Source: Antedon mediterranea (taxonomy: Eukaryota > Animalia > Echinodermata). Taken from it: a stretch of DNA of 64,000 bases. Of this stretch, positions 1 to 11,530 are shown in pieces; position 1 is the first letter of the stretch; the number at the start of each line of letters is the position of its first letter. The notes under the pieces were generated by a model that saw only the letters and a program-made list of their open reading frames with translations, was not told where the DNA came from and searched no databases. The DNA lies in assembly GCF_964355755.1 (NCBI RefSeq), contig NC_092671.1, forward strand, positions 23,696,070-23,760,069. The letters are read 5' to 3'. Position numbers and translations under genes: made by a program.

Positions 1-233
1 AAAAAAAGAGGTTCTGTTAGACGTACGCCCAACAGTTGGACCTCATTGATATTTGAAGAGAACCAGATTTCAATGAAAAAAACAGCTGTTTTGAAAGAAG
101 GCAGCAGTCCATGAAAAAATGGCCAGGATGCAACGGATGCAGGACTTGGGCCATGCTTCGGCAATAGAACTAGGATCAGAGGAAGGGTTCGGCTCAGCAG
201 TGACATACAAGAAGTGTTTCGAAAAAGCTAAAA
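1..233 (+). pseudogene. Possible degraded Myb/SANT (trihelix)-like exon of the kind found in Harbinger elements
   Basis: Frame-broken translation TYAQQLDLIDI*REPDFNEK...VHEKMARMQ...VTYKKCFEKAK, ending at a GTAAGT donor (~234). Family resemblance is by eye only. Confidence 0.3.
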
Positions 234-1400
234 GTAAGTTTTTTTTAAAAGAAATATACAGTATTACAAATGCAATTTTTTAGAAAGTTGAATGATGGCG
301 TAGGCCTAAGTAAGTCTTGCCCTATGTGCTTCAATGAATTACAAAATGGAATATAATACATGACAAAAAAATTTTAATATATTAAGTATTCATAATAATA
401 ATTAGTTAATGTTATTGTTGTTTATATTAAATAATGTAGATGACGATGATTCATCAAAATCAAGATGCAAAAAAAGATTAGTACAATTTGGTGTAGGAAA
501 GCTTTGCTATTGTAAATAAAGTTCACTCCATATAATAACTTGATTTTTGCATTACTTGTACTCTCCGATTACAATTTTTTTGTCAAGACTTGAGCAGATG
601 CTAGACACAAACACATTTCCTGAGATTCTTGAAACTATGCGAGATGTAAGATTTTGGAAGTAAGCTTTGCAGCAATCGTTGGTTCCTACATGAATTATAA
701 CATTATCTACATCACTGTCTTTCATTAAATTAAGCAGTTGCGATATAGTGGCTCCTCAATGAGTATTATGTAATTCCCTTATTTTGATATGTTTCACCGT
801 TAAATCACCAATAACCAAGTTTCGTATCATTGGTTTTGTAGATGAGCATAGTTTGTTTTTTTGGCATAAATATGTTGTATTCAGATTCACATCAGCATTG
901 TCGTGCAAAGCTTCATATTGGTTTTTAGTAGGCAAAGACAAGATACAAATCAAATGTATGTTGTTAATTTAGTCGTTTCAATAGCAGGTATTGACAAACT
1001 GCAAGCCAACGATTCATGCGATTAGTTGGAGTCAATGGCCCACATGACCATGTTAATTGCAATCCATGCGAGTCAGTAGAAATGTAACTGCAGTATTGTA
1101 CCAAGAATGCAAGTCGTCATATTAAAACACAAACATAAAGTGACAATGACAATAATTTGATATAAATTAGTGTAAATTGACTGGTTTCAAATCACAATGG
1201 GCCTGTTGGGTCTCGCTATCAAATGTCAAATGGACAAATTGTATCCACCTGCATAGATAATAAATAGTTTAATTAGTGTATACAAATAATGAATGTTATG
1301 AGTTGGATGGTGGAGAATATTTTAAGTAGACTGATTGACTGCTATATTTAATGTGGTGGCAGACGAGTTAAATTAATAGGTGTGTTATAACATTATATAT

Positions 1401-1720
1401 AAAATACTGAAAGATGAGGGCGTATCAATTTGATCTCTGTTGCGCGTGCGTACAACAACGACTAGTGCTGTTCCGCCGTACCACGCCGAGAATGTTAAAG
1501 AGTCGCTATCCAATCGAGTTCGAACAATACCATGAAAGCGCCAGTGGTCTAATGGTTAGGACATCTGCATATCAAGCAGGCGGTCCGAGTTTGAGTCTCG
1601 GTTGGGGCGACTTTTTCTCATTCTCACAGATTTCCTCATCTTTATCGTTTCAAATTAATTAATTAAATTTCAGTATATCACCGGGCGGTTAAGAATTACT
1701 GTTCTTTGCCTGATTTGTTT
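1401..1720 (+). mobile_element. ~320 bp tRNA-containing repeat unit, dispersed copy
   Basis: Near-identical to 62640-62960 and to the reverse complement of 27161-27480; flanked by (TA)n. Confidence 0.9.
1538..1609 (+). tRNA. tRNA-like cloverleaf (anticodon ATC) inside the repeat unit; probably not a translational tRNA
   Basis: A box TGGTCTAATGG; B box mutated to GAGTTTGAGTC; stems GTCT/GGAC, TCTGC/GCAGG and CCGAG/CTCGG; followed by TTTTT. Confidence 0.6.
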
Positions 1721-1743
1721 ATATATATATATATATATATATA

Positions 1744-1888
1744 TGCCCGAAAGCTCTGCTAACTTTTCTGGCTGTTTACTTTATCGTTTTGATTTAGCTT
1801 TTCGCTTTTTATTTTTGTATCTCCATTGAGATCCAGCCACTGATACCCACAGCATTGTCATTTTTTTCAGTAATTTGCCTTTGGATTT
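1744..1888 (+). mobile_element. Penelope pseudo-LTR fragment starting inside the hammerhead
   Basis: Matches 63366-63510 (TGCCCGAAAGCTCTGC...CCTTTGGATTT); lies between (TA)n tracts and is followed by an inverted copy of the tRNA-unit end (1903-1931). Confidence 0.9.
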
Positions 1889-1933
1889 ATATATATATAT
1901 ATAAACAAATCAGGCAAAGAACATTAATTCTAA

Positions 1934-3518
1934 TTAGGTGATCATTTAGAATAAAATGATCACCTATTGTTATTGTATCAAATCTTTATTGTTATTATTG
2001 TTTCTGGGCACTATTTTGTGTAACAAATATCTAAAAAAGTTTAATGTCAATGATTACCAAAATTTCACAATGTCTTTCAAATACTGTAACTTAGTCCTAA
2101 TAAGCTTTTCAGCGTGATCACTCATCCGTGACGTCACGTATACGCCATTTTGTGAAATCACATTATCAATCATATCTCCATAATTCATTATAACATATTA
2201 ATGAAATTCACTATACGTAAACTTCAGGTCAAGGGTAAACATATTAGCAAGTAAAAACGCACGTGCACGTAGGGTCATGCGCGTGAAATCGCGCGTTAAA
2301 AATTTAAAAAGCTCAAAAATTAAGTTTTGATCAATTTAGAGCATGAATTAGGGCATTTGCGTGTTTCAAAAAATTACTGCGCAAAAATGCGTTTTTGCGC
2401 GCGCGATTCTTAAAAAGCGTCAAAATACGAATTTTTTGTAGAAATCGCATTCTACTCACCATCCTTAGTACAATCACCAAATTTGAGTCCGTTCCGACTT
2501 AAAATAATGCTATACGAGCATGTTAAAAATGACAAAATGCGCACATTAATTGCATAAAAGTGCTGAAAATGATGAAAAATAAGGCATTTTTACAATGAAA
2601 ATAATTCTTCAGAATGCACGATGACCCCCAATTTTTTTAACTTAATATGGAAGCCAATAAGTTGTAGATATAAATGTATATACATATTAGACGTACAAAA
2701 TGGTATTACATCATCAAATGGCCACTTCAATTTAAAAATTAGGATTTTTTTTCGTTTTGTGTAGGTTATCACATTCAGTAAAGCTCATCTCCGTTATTTG
2801 AGCCCGATTTTCGCACAAATTTTAGTATGTGCTTGCTCAATTAATTATCTTTCTCATGAGTTGTCAACATTTTCATTTTGATGACGTCATCACGTGTAAA
2901 AACTTGAATAACGTAGGTCGTGTAATTTCACCTTCACTATATATTTGAATATTTGACAGCTCTTCAGAATTAAAGGTGACCTTGAAGATTATTACTTATT
3001 ATGAAAGCTGATGAAATGTAGATATGGATTCATATAAAAATTAAGCCTATCGGATGTTGTGATGTTATCATATGGCCAGTTGAAGTTAAAAAGTAGTTTT
3101 TAAATTTCTTTAGTCAAAGTTATACAAATTTCAAAGAGCGCGCATTGCGCTTCTACGTGTCAAATTCTCTTTCAATCCTTATATTTATTTGCTAAATTCA
3201 TTATCTTTCGAAATTGTCATCTTCAAGTTTATTTTGATAATTCCATCATACCAAAAATTTAGAACATGATGTGGGTCCCGTAATTTCACCTCTGCTACAC
3301 TGTATATAGATATACAGTATATACTGTACATATTGTATATGACACATAATAGGTACAACTCAGCACTATAAGTGTATATGCATCATGTCATAGAATGGCG
3401 TACATCAACTTTTTACGATCGTATGTTAACGTACGTGCGCGTTTAAAAAATGTTAATTTCATTAAAATGATAAAAATGATCACCTATAATTCGTCAAAGT
3501 GACGAATTAAATTCTAGT
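1934..3518 (+). mobile_element. Non-autonomous Helentron-type element (HINE/DINE-1-like)
   Basis: 5' hairpin TAGGTGATCATTT/AAATGATCACCTA; 3' subterminal inverted repeat (subTIR) AAATGATCACCTA; 3' stem-loop AATTCGTCAAAGTGACGAATT; CTAGT end. Body is homologous to 38540-41745, with a partial inverted copy at 16170-16415. Confidence 0.75.
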
Positions 3519-6100
3519 ATATATTTAATTTTTTTTACCTTAATTGCATCCCTTCTTTTTTGCTCGGCTGCGGTGTGCGCACTTCGCCGACGGTCTCTTG
3601 GGCTTAAATATGAATTTTGATCACCTTCTTCATCTTCATCTATAAGACATACAGTATGTTTTGAAAACAACATTTAAACTTCCTTTTTCATGTTTAAATC
3701 TATTGTATTGTAATTTATAATAGATACTGCATTTATTCGATTAAACGCCCTGGTTGTCCTGGAAAGGCTTTTTTTTTTGGGGGGGGGGGGGGTTATTAAC
3801 GGGAAGCGATACTTTTTTTGGTGTAATACAGTAATGTTTAATCATTTAATTCCTGCTAGATATAAAATATAACTAGTATTAAAAAGTGATAACGTACAAT
3901 AAAAATTGTATCAAAATATTTGGTAGATCACAAATAGAAATGTTGTTGTGTATATGCTTATTTAAATAAATAAGGCAAGTACATTTAACTGAATAAATTA
4001 TAATCCCTAATAAGAATATAATATTACTTTGCTGCAGGTACAGTAATGATATTTCTTCTTATAACTATTCAATACTTTGGTTTAGTAAATTTATATACAA
4101 ATTATTACATTACATGCTATACCATGCAGACAAACATGAACAACTAATAATCTTGCACTCTTTGGCATATTGTCTGACAATGATACTGACAAATTAAAGA
4201 CCGTCATCAAGATAGAGAGCTGAGAATTTTAACAATAATGTCATAATTATGTCATCGTACATCATACTAAACAATTATGATTGTCCCACTTTTGGAAAAT
4301 GTTGAAATGTAATGTTCTGTTGGGACAGTCTGTCGTGTTTTACTACACACTACTGTAACTAAACACCACCATGATTCAGGCTGAGCCGCCGGGGAGAACT
4401 ATAGAATATTTACCTCTAGGCCCTTGGGAATTGTAGCGCGAACATTTCTAGTATAACACACATTTTGAATAAATCGTAACAAATATTTAAAAATGTTGGA
4501 TTTGTTTACTGTTTCTGGATATTTTTCCAAATACCAGATTTAAGCCTAATACAGGTCAACCTATCTCTTGTATGTTAACAACAGTGAAAACTCATGAGGT
4601 AGATTTTGCCATACACTTGTCATGGCGAGCGAGCGCGCGCAGCTATATCGTAAATATGATGATTGTTCTGAAATCATTTGTACATCCCTAAGACGTTAAA
4701 ATATGGTTCACGGTCAGGTTGTCCCTTAATTTTTATCTTAAATTGTTGGTAACATACATGTTTTTAGAAGTTTAAATGCAAAGGTGACAGGAAGTGCATT
4801 AATATTTGGTAATTTGACTGACCTTAACCATTGGTCATGTAGACACTTTAATTTCAACAATAATTATGTATTCAACAATAAGATCCATTTGGGTCTGCTA
4901 AATTGGAAAATAGAATAATTTTCCCTAAGTGCTAAATTAGTCATTTTATAAGTCATAGTAAATAATTATCAAACTATAATCATTATTTTTATTTGTGAAA
5001 TGTCTGTTATTATAGTATATATTCTTGTTATTTGTAATTTTTGTGTTGGAGAGACACACCTTACCGGTGACAGCGTTTTGTTTAATGCTTTTGTCTCTCC
5101 TCGGCTTCGTGTCTTGTACTTCATATTTATATATACAGTCAACTCTCCCAATACCGGACACCCTTGGGCGGGCATATATTTTCCGGTTTTTCGAAAGTCC
5201 GGTTTCTTGAAAACATATTTTTAAAGTCATCACGTTGTCACTGAAAATGCTTTGAATCACCGGTCCGAATGCTGCCCGGTACGGTCTAGCATAGGGAAGG
5301 CCTAGGCTATGATTGTGTCAAGCTAGTTTTAATTAAATAATACTGATAGGTCTAGGCCTACTTTATTAATATTAAGCTAATTCAATTTACCTTTTTTAAA
5401 AGTTACATTATTTACTGTACCAATAAAACATGTTACAGTAGTAAATTATTGTTTCTCAATGTGTTTTTAGCGGCAAAAAGGCCTAGGCTAGGCCTACGTA
5501 CGTACGATGAACATAATTTTGGTCGTTTATTGTTTATCGCGAGCTAGCAGCAGCATGTGTGATAAAAATAGCAGAGCGGGGCTTTGATTGATGCGCATGT
5601 GCAGAGGTGTCATAATCAAATAAAAACACCCACACTTAGACCACATGTTTTTTAAGCTCCTTTATTTTGACGTAATTTGATAGCAATAAACGAGCCAAGC
5701 AATAATGACAATAATTAATTGATAACATTTCAAAGTTTATTAACACTAGTTAAGTCAAGTTCATTCCGTTTACGTTTTGCCATAATGATTTCCAAATTTA
5801 TAATGATGCACATTTTTAGTGAAACATTCCTTTTTAAAGTCCTATTGCAATTGTGAATTTAACAATAATTTAAACAAAACAAAGACACAAAGTGGAATGT
5901 AAATTGAACTTTATTAAAAAACAATTCATATGCTAAAAAACAGGGAGTTGTTAACAACTCCCTGCTAAAAACAATAGACATTAAGACATAGTGCTTCGAT
6001 GTGAAAAAGCCCTAGCCCACCACAGTTCGATACGCAACAAAGCAATTACCGCTTCGTGGGTTAACAATGAACTGACCTGTCAATCACAGTGTAGCGCTCC

Positions 6101-8529
6101 TAGGCCGTGGGCTGAACACTGAAAAGTGGCTTAGTTTTTGAGTTTCGTGGTGACCCTCTGGCAGCTACCTCATCTTTTGTAGAATTGTTCTACACATATA
6201 TCATATCATAAAAACCAAACTCGCCAGTGAAAAAAGTTGCACATTAATTAATTAGAACGATTTTAAGATTATTAATTAAAAACATGCGCCCTCTATTGCC
6301 AAAATGTAAAACTCCCTATTCTTTTGCATTATACAATATCTATGTTTGCCAATAGAGGGCGCATTTTTATAAATTAAATAAGCTCACAATACTGTTCCTG
6401 TCTGTATAGTAATACAGTAGTAAGACATAGCAGTACCACAGATACTGTATTATATTACATTGGAAGTTGTTGATTTTGTATCAAAACGTTATAAATTATA
6501 AAATTGAGTGGAAACGTGATTGAAAAGGATTATTTTATATCAATTTTAAAGAACAAACATAAAGATGATTTTTATGTCAATGTATTGTGTGTATAATAAT
6601 TGTAAAATACTATAGACAACCTTTATTTATATACTCATCACATTTATTAGAGACTTGGTAACATAAATACTATATACCAAGTTACAATTATCACAAAATT
6701 AATAAATTTGACTTGGATATTGCATATATTATTACAGGATATTCTATTTGGCAAATAATGAAATTTGGTTATCTTTAATGATTATCTGCTCAATAACAGA
6801 TTGACAGTACAGATCCACTTCTGGGTTTTCAGTTCGACTGTAGCGTCTACATACTCTTGTGTATTTTAAGTAGCACGATCGGTGATACTTAGCTTCAATA
6901 GCTACCAAATCTTTATCGTGGATTTTTAACAGCATTTCTTGATCCTTTTTTAGCGTTTCTGCTGTTTTTAAACATCCTCCATCAATGGTCTCACACTGCA
7001 CCAACTTCTCCACTCTGCGCTTTCTTGAAATGTTGTTAGTTGCATATTGTACACGCTTACAAATAATACATATCGGTGGCAACACATGTGCACGATCAAC
7101 ACGTGGACGGTCTTCAGGCATCATAGATCGCAAAAGAATCTTGGAAGCTTGTGCTGTGTTGTGTTCATCACCTGCAATTTCCTCAACATTTGGACTAGGT
7201 TCCAAAACTTCTTGTGCTTTGAAAGAATAGTGTTCAATAATTAATATTTATTGCTACAGTGTCTATGTGACCAGATACTAAATTACAATGACAGTTAAAG
7301 GAGTAGGAATGAAACTAAAGGATGAATTTAGGAATAATAAAGGCAAGTTGCCGATGAATGAACACATTTTACCAGTTGAGTACAGTTATACTTTTCACAG
7401 ATATTTTCTTTTCCTTTCATTTTTATTCGCTTAGATGCCTTGGCAATAGGTGCTTGACATTATTATTAATATTATTATATATTCTGAAACTTACCTTTCC
7501 ACTTTAAGTCCCGTGCTTCAGCTCGTTTAATCTTAGTAATATTGCAGAAGTTGGAATAACACTCAGTGTGGTATCCAGGAATCCCACCACTTTTATTCCT
7601 ACAAAAAAACAATGTAACAACACTGTGTTATTTGAATATCTAGTGTGAAGACAGTTGACAATACCAAAAGAATCGGACATTACAATCGGAATTCATAGTC
7701 TAAGGCCCTAGGCTCCGATTCGGAATTCTAGCTAGAAACTTCGCCTAGCCTAGACCTAGCCTACTAAAGTAGAGGCAAGCATAGCCTTCTTGCCTCGCTT
7801 TCGATCGGCGTTAATTTGCTTTAGCTAGCTACACTAGCGTATAAATCGATATAAAGCTATAAGCGAACAATCTAGTATAGTTTTAAAATACAGACAAAGA
7901 AAATGCTAACCTTTTTCTTGACCTAGACGTCAAACTAGCAGTGCTAGTAGACGGTCCTTCTTCGTCTTCGTCGGCGGTAGTACTATAGTACTACTAGGCT
8001 AGGAGTAGTGTTAGTGGCCTCATATTCTTCGAACACGAAGGATGATGCAATTTTACTTTTCAGGGCAATTCAGAACCTTCCAACGTGAGCAGCATTCTTT
8101 GAATTTCGCATAACCTTTCCCAGTTAATTTTACTAGTTTTCCTTTGGAATTTGATACGTGCATACAGCAATAATCTGGAGTATTTTCCTCATCTTCTTCC
8201 TCTAAAAACGTTTGTTTATCATCCGACGCAGCCATGTTTCTGTATTGACGCGATGAACCGAGCCACACGGCTGTGTTAAAACGTTTCTCATTGGATGAGA
8301 TTGTTTCTCACATATGAGAGGTTAATTGTGATTGGTCCAACCGTTGGTATTTAACTGTTGATTTTTCTTCGTAATTTATCGTTTTTTATTAAAACTGTTT
8401 ATTTACGACGATGGCGAGTTGGTGTTTTATGTTTTAAATTTTATTTTACAACTTTATATATAAAAACTTGGTAGCTGCCAGGGGTGGCACCACGACAAGT
8501 CACAATTTTGAGCATCAGCCCACGGTCTA
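6101..8529 (-). mobile_element. Academ-like DNA transposon, internally deleted
   Basis: Termini TAGGCCGTGGGCTGA / TCAGCCCACGGTCTA, further inverted match CTGGCAGCTACC, perfect 3-bp TSD TCC (6098-6100, 8530-8532). Confidence 0.8.
6744..8236 (-). pseudogene. Spliced, truncated transposase N-terminus (Academ-type)
   Basis: Exons ~8236-7911 (frameshifted, GTTAG donor), 7598-7495 (TAG acceptor, GTAAG donor; GIPGYHTECYSNFCN) and 7205-6744 (CIICK...DLVAIEAKYHRSCY). Phases agree across the first intron. Confidence 0.7.
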
Positions 8530-11129
8530 TCCATGGCAACATTATTTGATCGTACCGCGAAACGTCGCGCACTTCATGCATGGTCCGGTCAGGGTATGGT
8601 TAAAAGCTTTTGTACATTGTGAATGTATTGAATCCGAGTCAGCGACAACGATGTTACGTTGTTTTCGTAAATATTTGGAGTTTTTTAACTGTCAGTCCGG
8701 TTTTCAGACGCTAATTTTTGTGTTTTGTGCTTCATAATTTGTCCGGATTCCGGAATTGGGTATTCCGGTTTTCATAATAAATTACAGTACATTTAGAATA
8801 GGGACAAATTGGGCCCTCCAAAAAAGTCCGGTTTTCCGTGAATTCCGGTTTTGGGAGAGTCCGGTATTGGGAGAGTTGACTGTATTTCTATGTTTTGTAA
8901 TTATTATTTCATGTTTATTGCCGAAATGAATAAAATAATTTGTTTATACTTCAGTTATTTTATGAGCATGGCGATGGCTGTGTGCACCAGCAAGTTGGAT
9001 TTTCAGCAACACAAATCAAGGAACTCATTTTGTTACAACTGGTGTTCTTTCAAGATATTCTGGTTGGGTAGATGATGGTAAATATAGCTGGAGGGAGTGG
9101 AGATGGCATGGTTGTAACCTCTCCACTGAAAACTAGCATCCATCAGCCCCGGTGTATTAATCTTTTGATACCTTATTACAATTAATCGTAATTGGTTGGT
9201 TTGTAAAAGGCTTCAAATTTATACCTCTTCGACAAAAATCCTAGTTCATGATGTGATACCTGAAAAGGCTCCAATTTTCATAAACTGACACCCAATTAAA
9301 AAAAAGATACTGAAGACAAACATCTGGAGACATTCTGTTGTAAATGAATGATATTACAGAGTGACGAACACATTGATTGATACGACTACTGTCTCACAAA
9401 TACATTGCATTACATGCAGTAGAATTGAAACATCCTCTTCCTCACTTGCTACTTTCAGTTGATTTTACACTATATTAATATCATGTTTGATCGATACATT
9501 CTTGGTTCAGTGAAAGCTGCAACACAAAAACGTCGTCTAAGAGCATCATGTCATCCAATATGACAAGTGATTGTTGTCTTATGCTTTTACAAAAACTGGA
9601 ATGTAATTGAATGTATTTCCTATGATGTAGACTATTTTAATAAGATATGATTAAATACATTATGGCATCGCACCTAGCAACATTAAACATCCGGATTGAT
9701 ACTTAGTCTCACAGAAGCTTTGCATCACATATAAATATACTTCTGCCTCTCTGTGATATCATTGTGATATCGGGTATATGTGTAGGTTTCACCTCTGTTG
9801 ATCTAAAAGCATTTGCTTACATTACAACCACTTCAGTGTATAATAATTTGTCCAAGTATCTCTTCAAGAGGAAGACTTCAGTTTGCAGACAACAGGGCCA
9901 AATAATTTTTTTGTTAGTTTATCTGTTGCAGCTTTCACTGAATACATCTAAGAATGTATCATTCAAACATGATATTAATAGAATGAATTTTCTTTGTGCA
10001 CTTACCAATACCACAATGCTGAAAGTAACACATGAGGAGCAAGAAGATTCTCAAACTGCACTGCAGTGATCCAATTATCTAGATGCATTACAAAATGAGT
10101 GTCTAAAAATGCAAATAAAGGGACATAGTGCCGAAGGTCCAACTTGCTGGTGCAGACAGCCATTACCATGAAGCATCAAAATGTCATGATAGTTTATACA
10201 GTAGTTCATTTTATTTGTCCAAAAGGAAATTCATGTTGACATACAATTTCTCAAAATTAGTTGAAGATTTAGTAACACAGAAAAAGGCAATATTACTACA
10301 AAATTACTCTGATAAAACAATGAATTAACTTAGTTGATTAAAAAGATTGAATGTGGAATAAAAGAATTAAGCAAGCAGTCCCTTCGGTCAAATAACTCAA
10401 ATAGCAATTTTCGTATTGAGCATACTCAAAAATTACCCTAAAAACATTTTTTAGAGGTCTTTTTCCAGTTTTGTGCCTAGACTAATTCGCCAATTTGGTG
10501 AATGGTTACCGCAATTAATCACTAGAGTTCCGCAGACCTTTAACATTCCCTTGCGCAAAACTCTGTTGTTTTTATCATGTGTCTGCCAAGTGCTCGAGTT
10601 GCTAGAAAGCAGTGATCTTATCTGGCCAAGCGTAAAGGTTTTACAAGCAATTAAAATCAATCATGCCCACGCTAACTATTTGATATCATTCGCCAAACTT
10701 GCATAAATAATTTTTCTTTAAAAACTCAAACTTTCATCCGCCTAGGCTCCATTATGTAAATTACAACAGGGAACAGACGATCGGGACCATTGTAAGAAGA
10801 TCAGGCCCAAAGCGTGAGATGATCGGGCCTAACAAGGTTTTAAGACGATCGGGACCAGAGACGATCGGGCACATTTTATCATATCATATTATAAATCGAT
10901 TGGGTTTTATTGCACCATTTTATTTTGTATTTGATGGACTAAATACATTTTCGTGATCATTATATATTTTGTGATGGTTTACATATCAGGTATGCCTACT
11001 GTAGATTATTTATTTTACCGTCTGGATATTTTCAGACGTTGAGTATTTACTACTGTATGCCAATTATATTACAGGTGAGGAGAGGATATGCTTTTCAAAA
11101 TTACCGTTACTGTAAAAACTAGATTTTAC

Positions 11130-11530
11130 ATAAATCAGCGATCACGGACCATATGACCACACATAACCACATACCTAACTGGAATAAGATAGATGTACTA
11201 CATAAAGAACAAGTCTGGCTTAAACGTAAAATTAAAGAAAGCATCAGCATGAGAAAGCAAAATAAAAATACAAAGATGAATAGAGACGAAGGCGCGCACC
11301 AACTATCTCATATTTATGATCAGCTACTGATGACGACTGGTCCCCTAGGCTTCACAACAAAAACACCTAGTGACTGGAAAGGAGACCAGTTGGCGTCATA
11401 AACGCATCATATAGCAACTGAAGAAGTCAAGCTGCAGTGACAGCTGACGAAACTGTCTTGCAATCGTAAGTTTTATTGGTTTACTAACAAAGAACTACAT
11501 ATATCATTATACGAATTGAAACCAGAAGAA
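11130..11530 (+). mobile_element. Penelope-like element 3' fragment (GIY-YIG C-terminus plus hammerhead)
   Basis: HKSAITDHMTTHNHIPNW...RKIKESI...MNRDEGAHQLSHIYD is a typical PLE endonuclease tail; a hammerhead follows directly. Confidence 0.85.
11414..11461 (+). ncRNA. Type I minimal hammerhead ribozyme
   Basis: GCAA-CTGAAGA-stem II (GTC.AGCTG/CAGCT.GAC)-GAAAC-T-GTC^-TTGC. Confidence 0.85.

Larger units (their letters stand above)
5136..8882. mobile_element. Tc1/pogo-type non-autonomous element carrying nested insertions
   Basis: Terminal inverted repeat (TIR) CAGTCAACTCTCCCAATACCGGAC at both ends, TA on both sides, subterminal TCCGGTTTT repeats; it interrupts a LINE-like 3' tail. Confidence 0.85.

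Noticed and set aside
756-972. Overlapping short ORFs as a gene
   Set aside because: No recognisable domain; they may be transposon debris but this cannot be supported.
1414-1662. Recurring 65-86 aa ORF (also at 27218, 62704, 63022) as a protein family
   Set aside because: It overlaps the tRNA-like sequence, and starts and frames differ among copies; conservation reflects repeat identity.
9180-10330. Possible decayed coding region, with an 18-bp inverted match (9507/9926)
   Set aside because: No sustained frame or recognisable motif.
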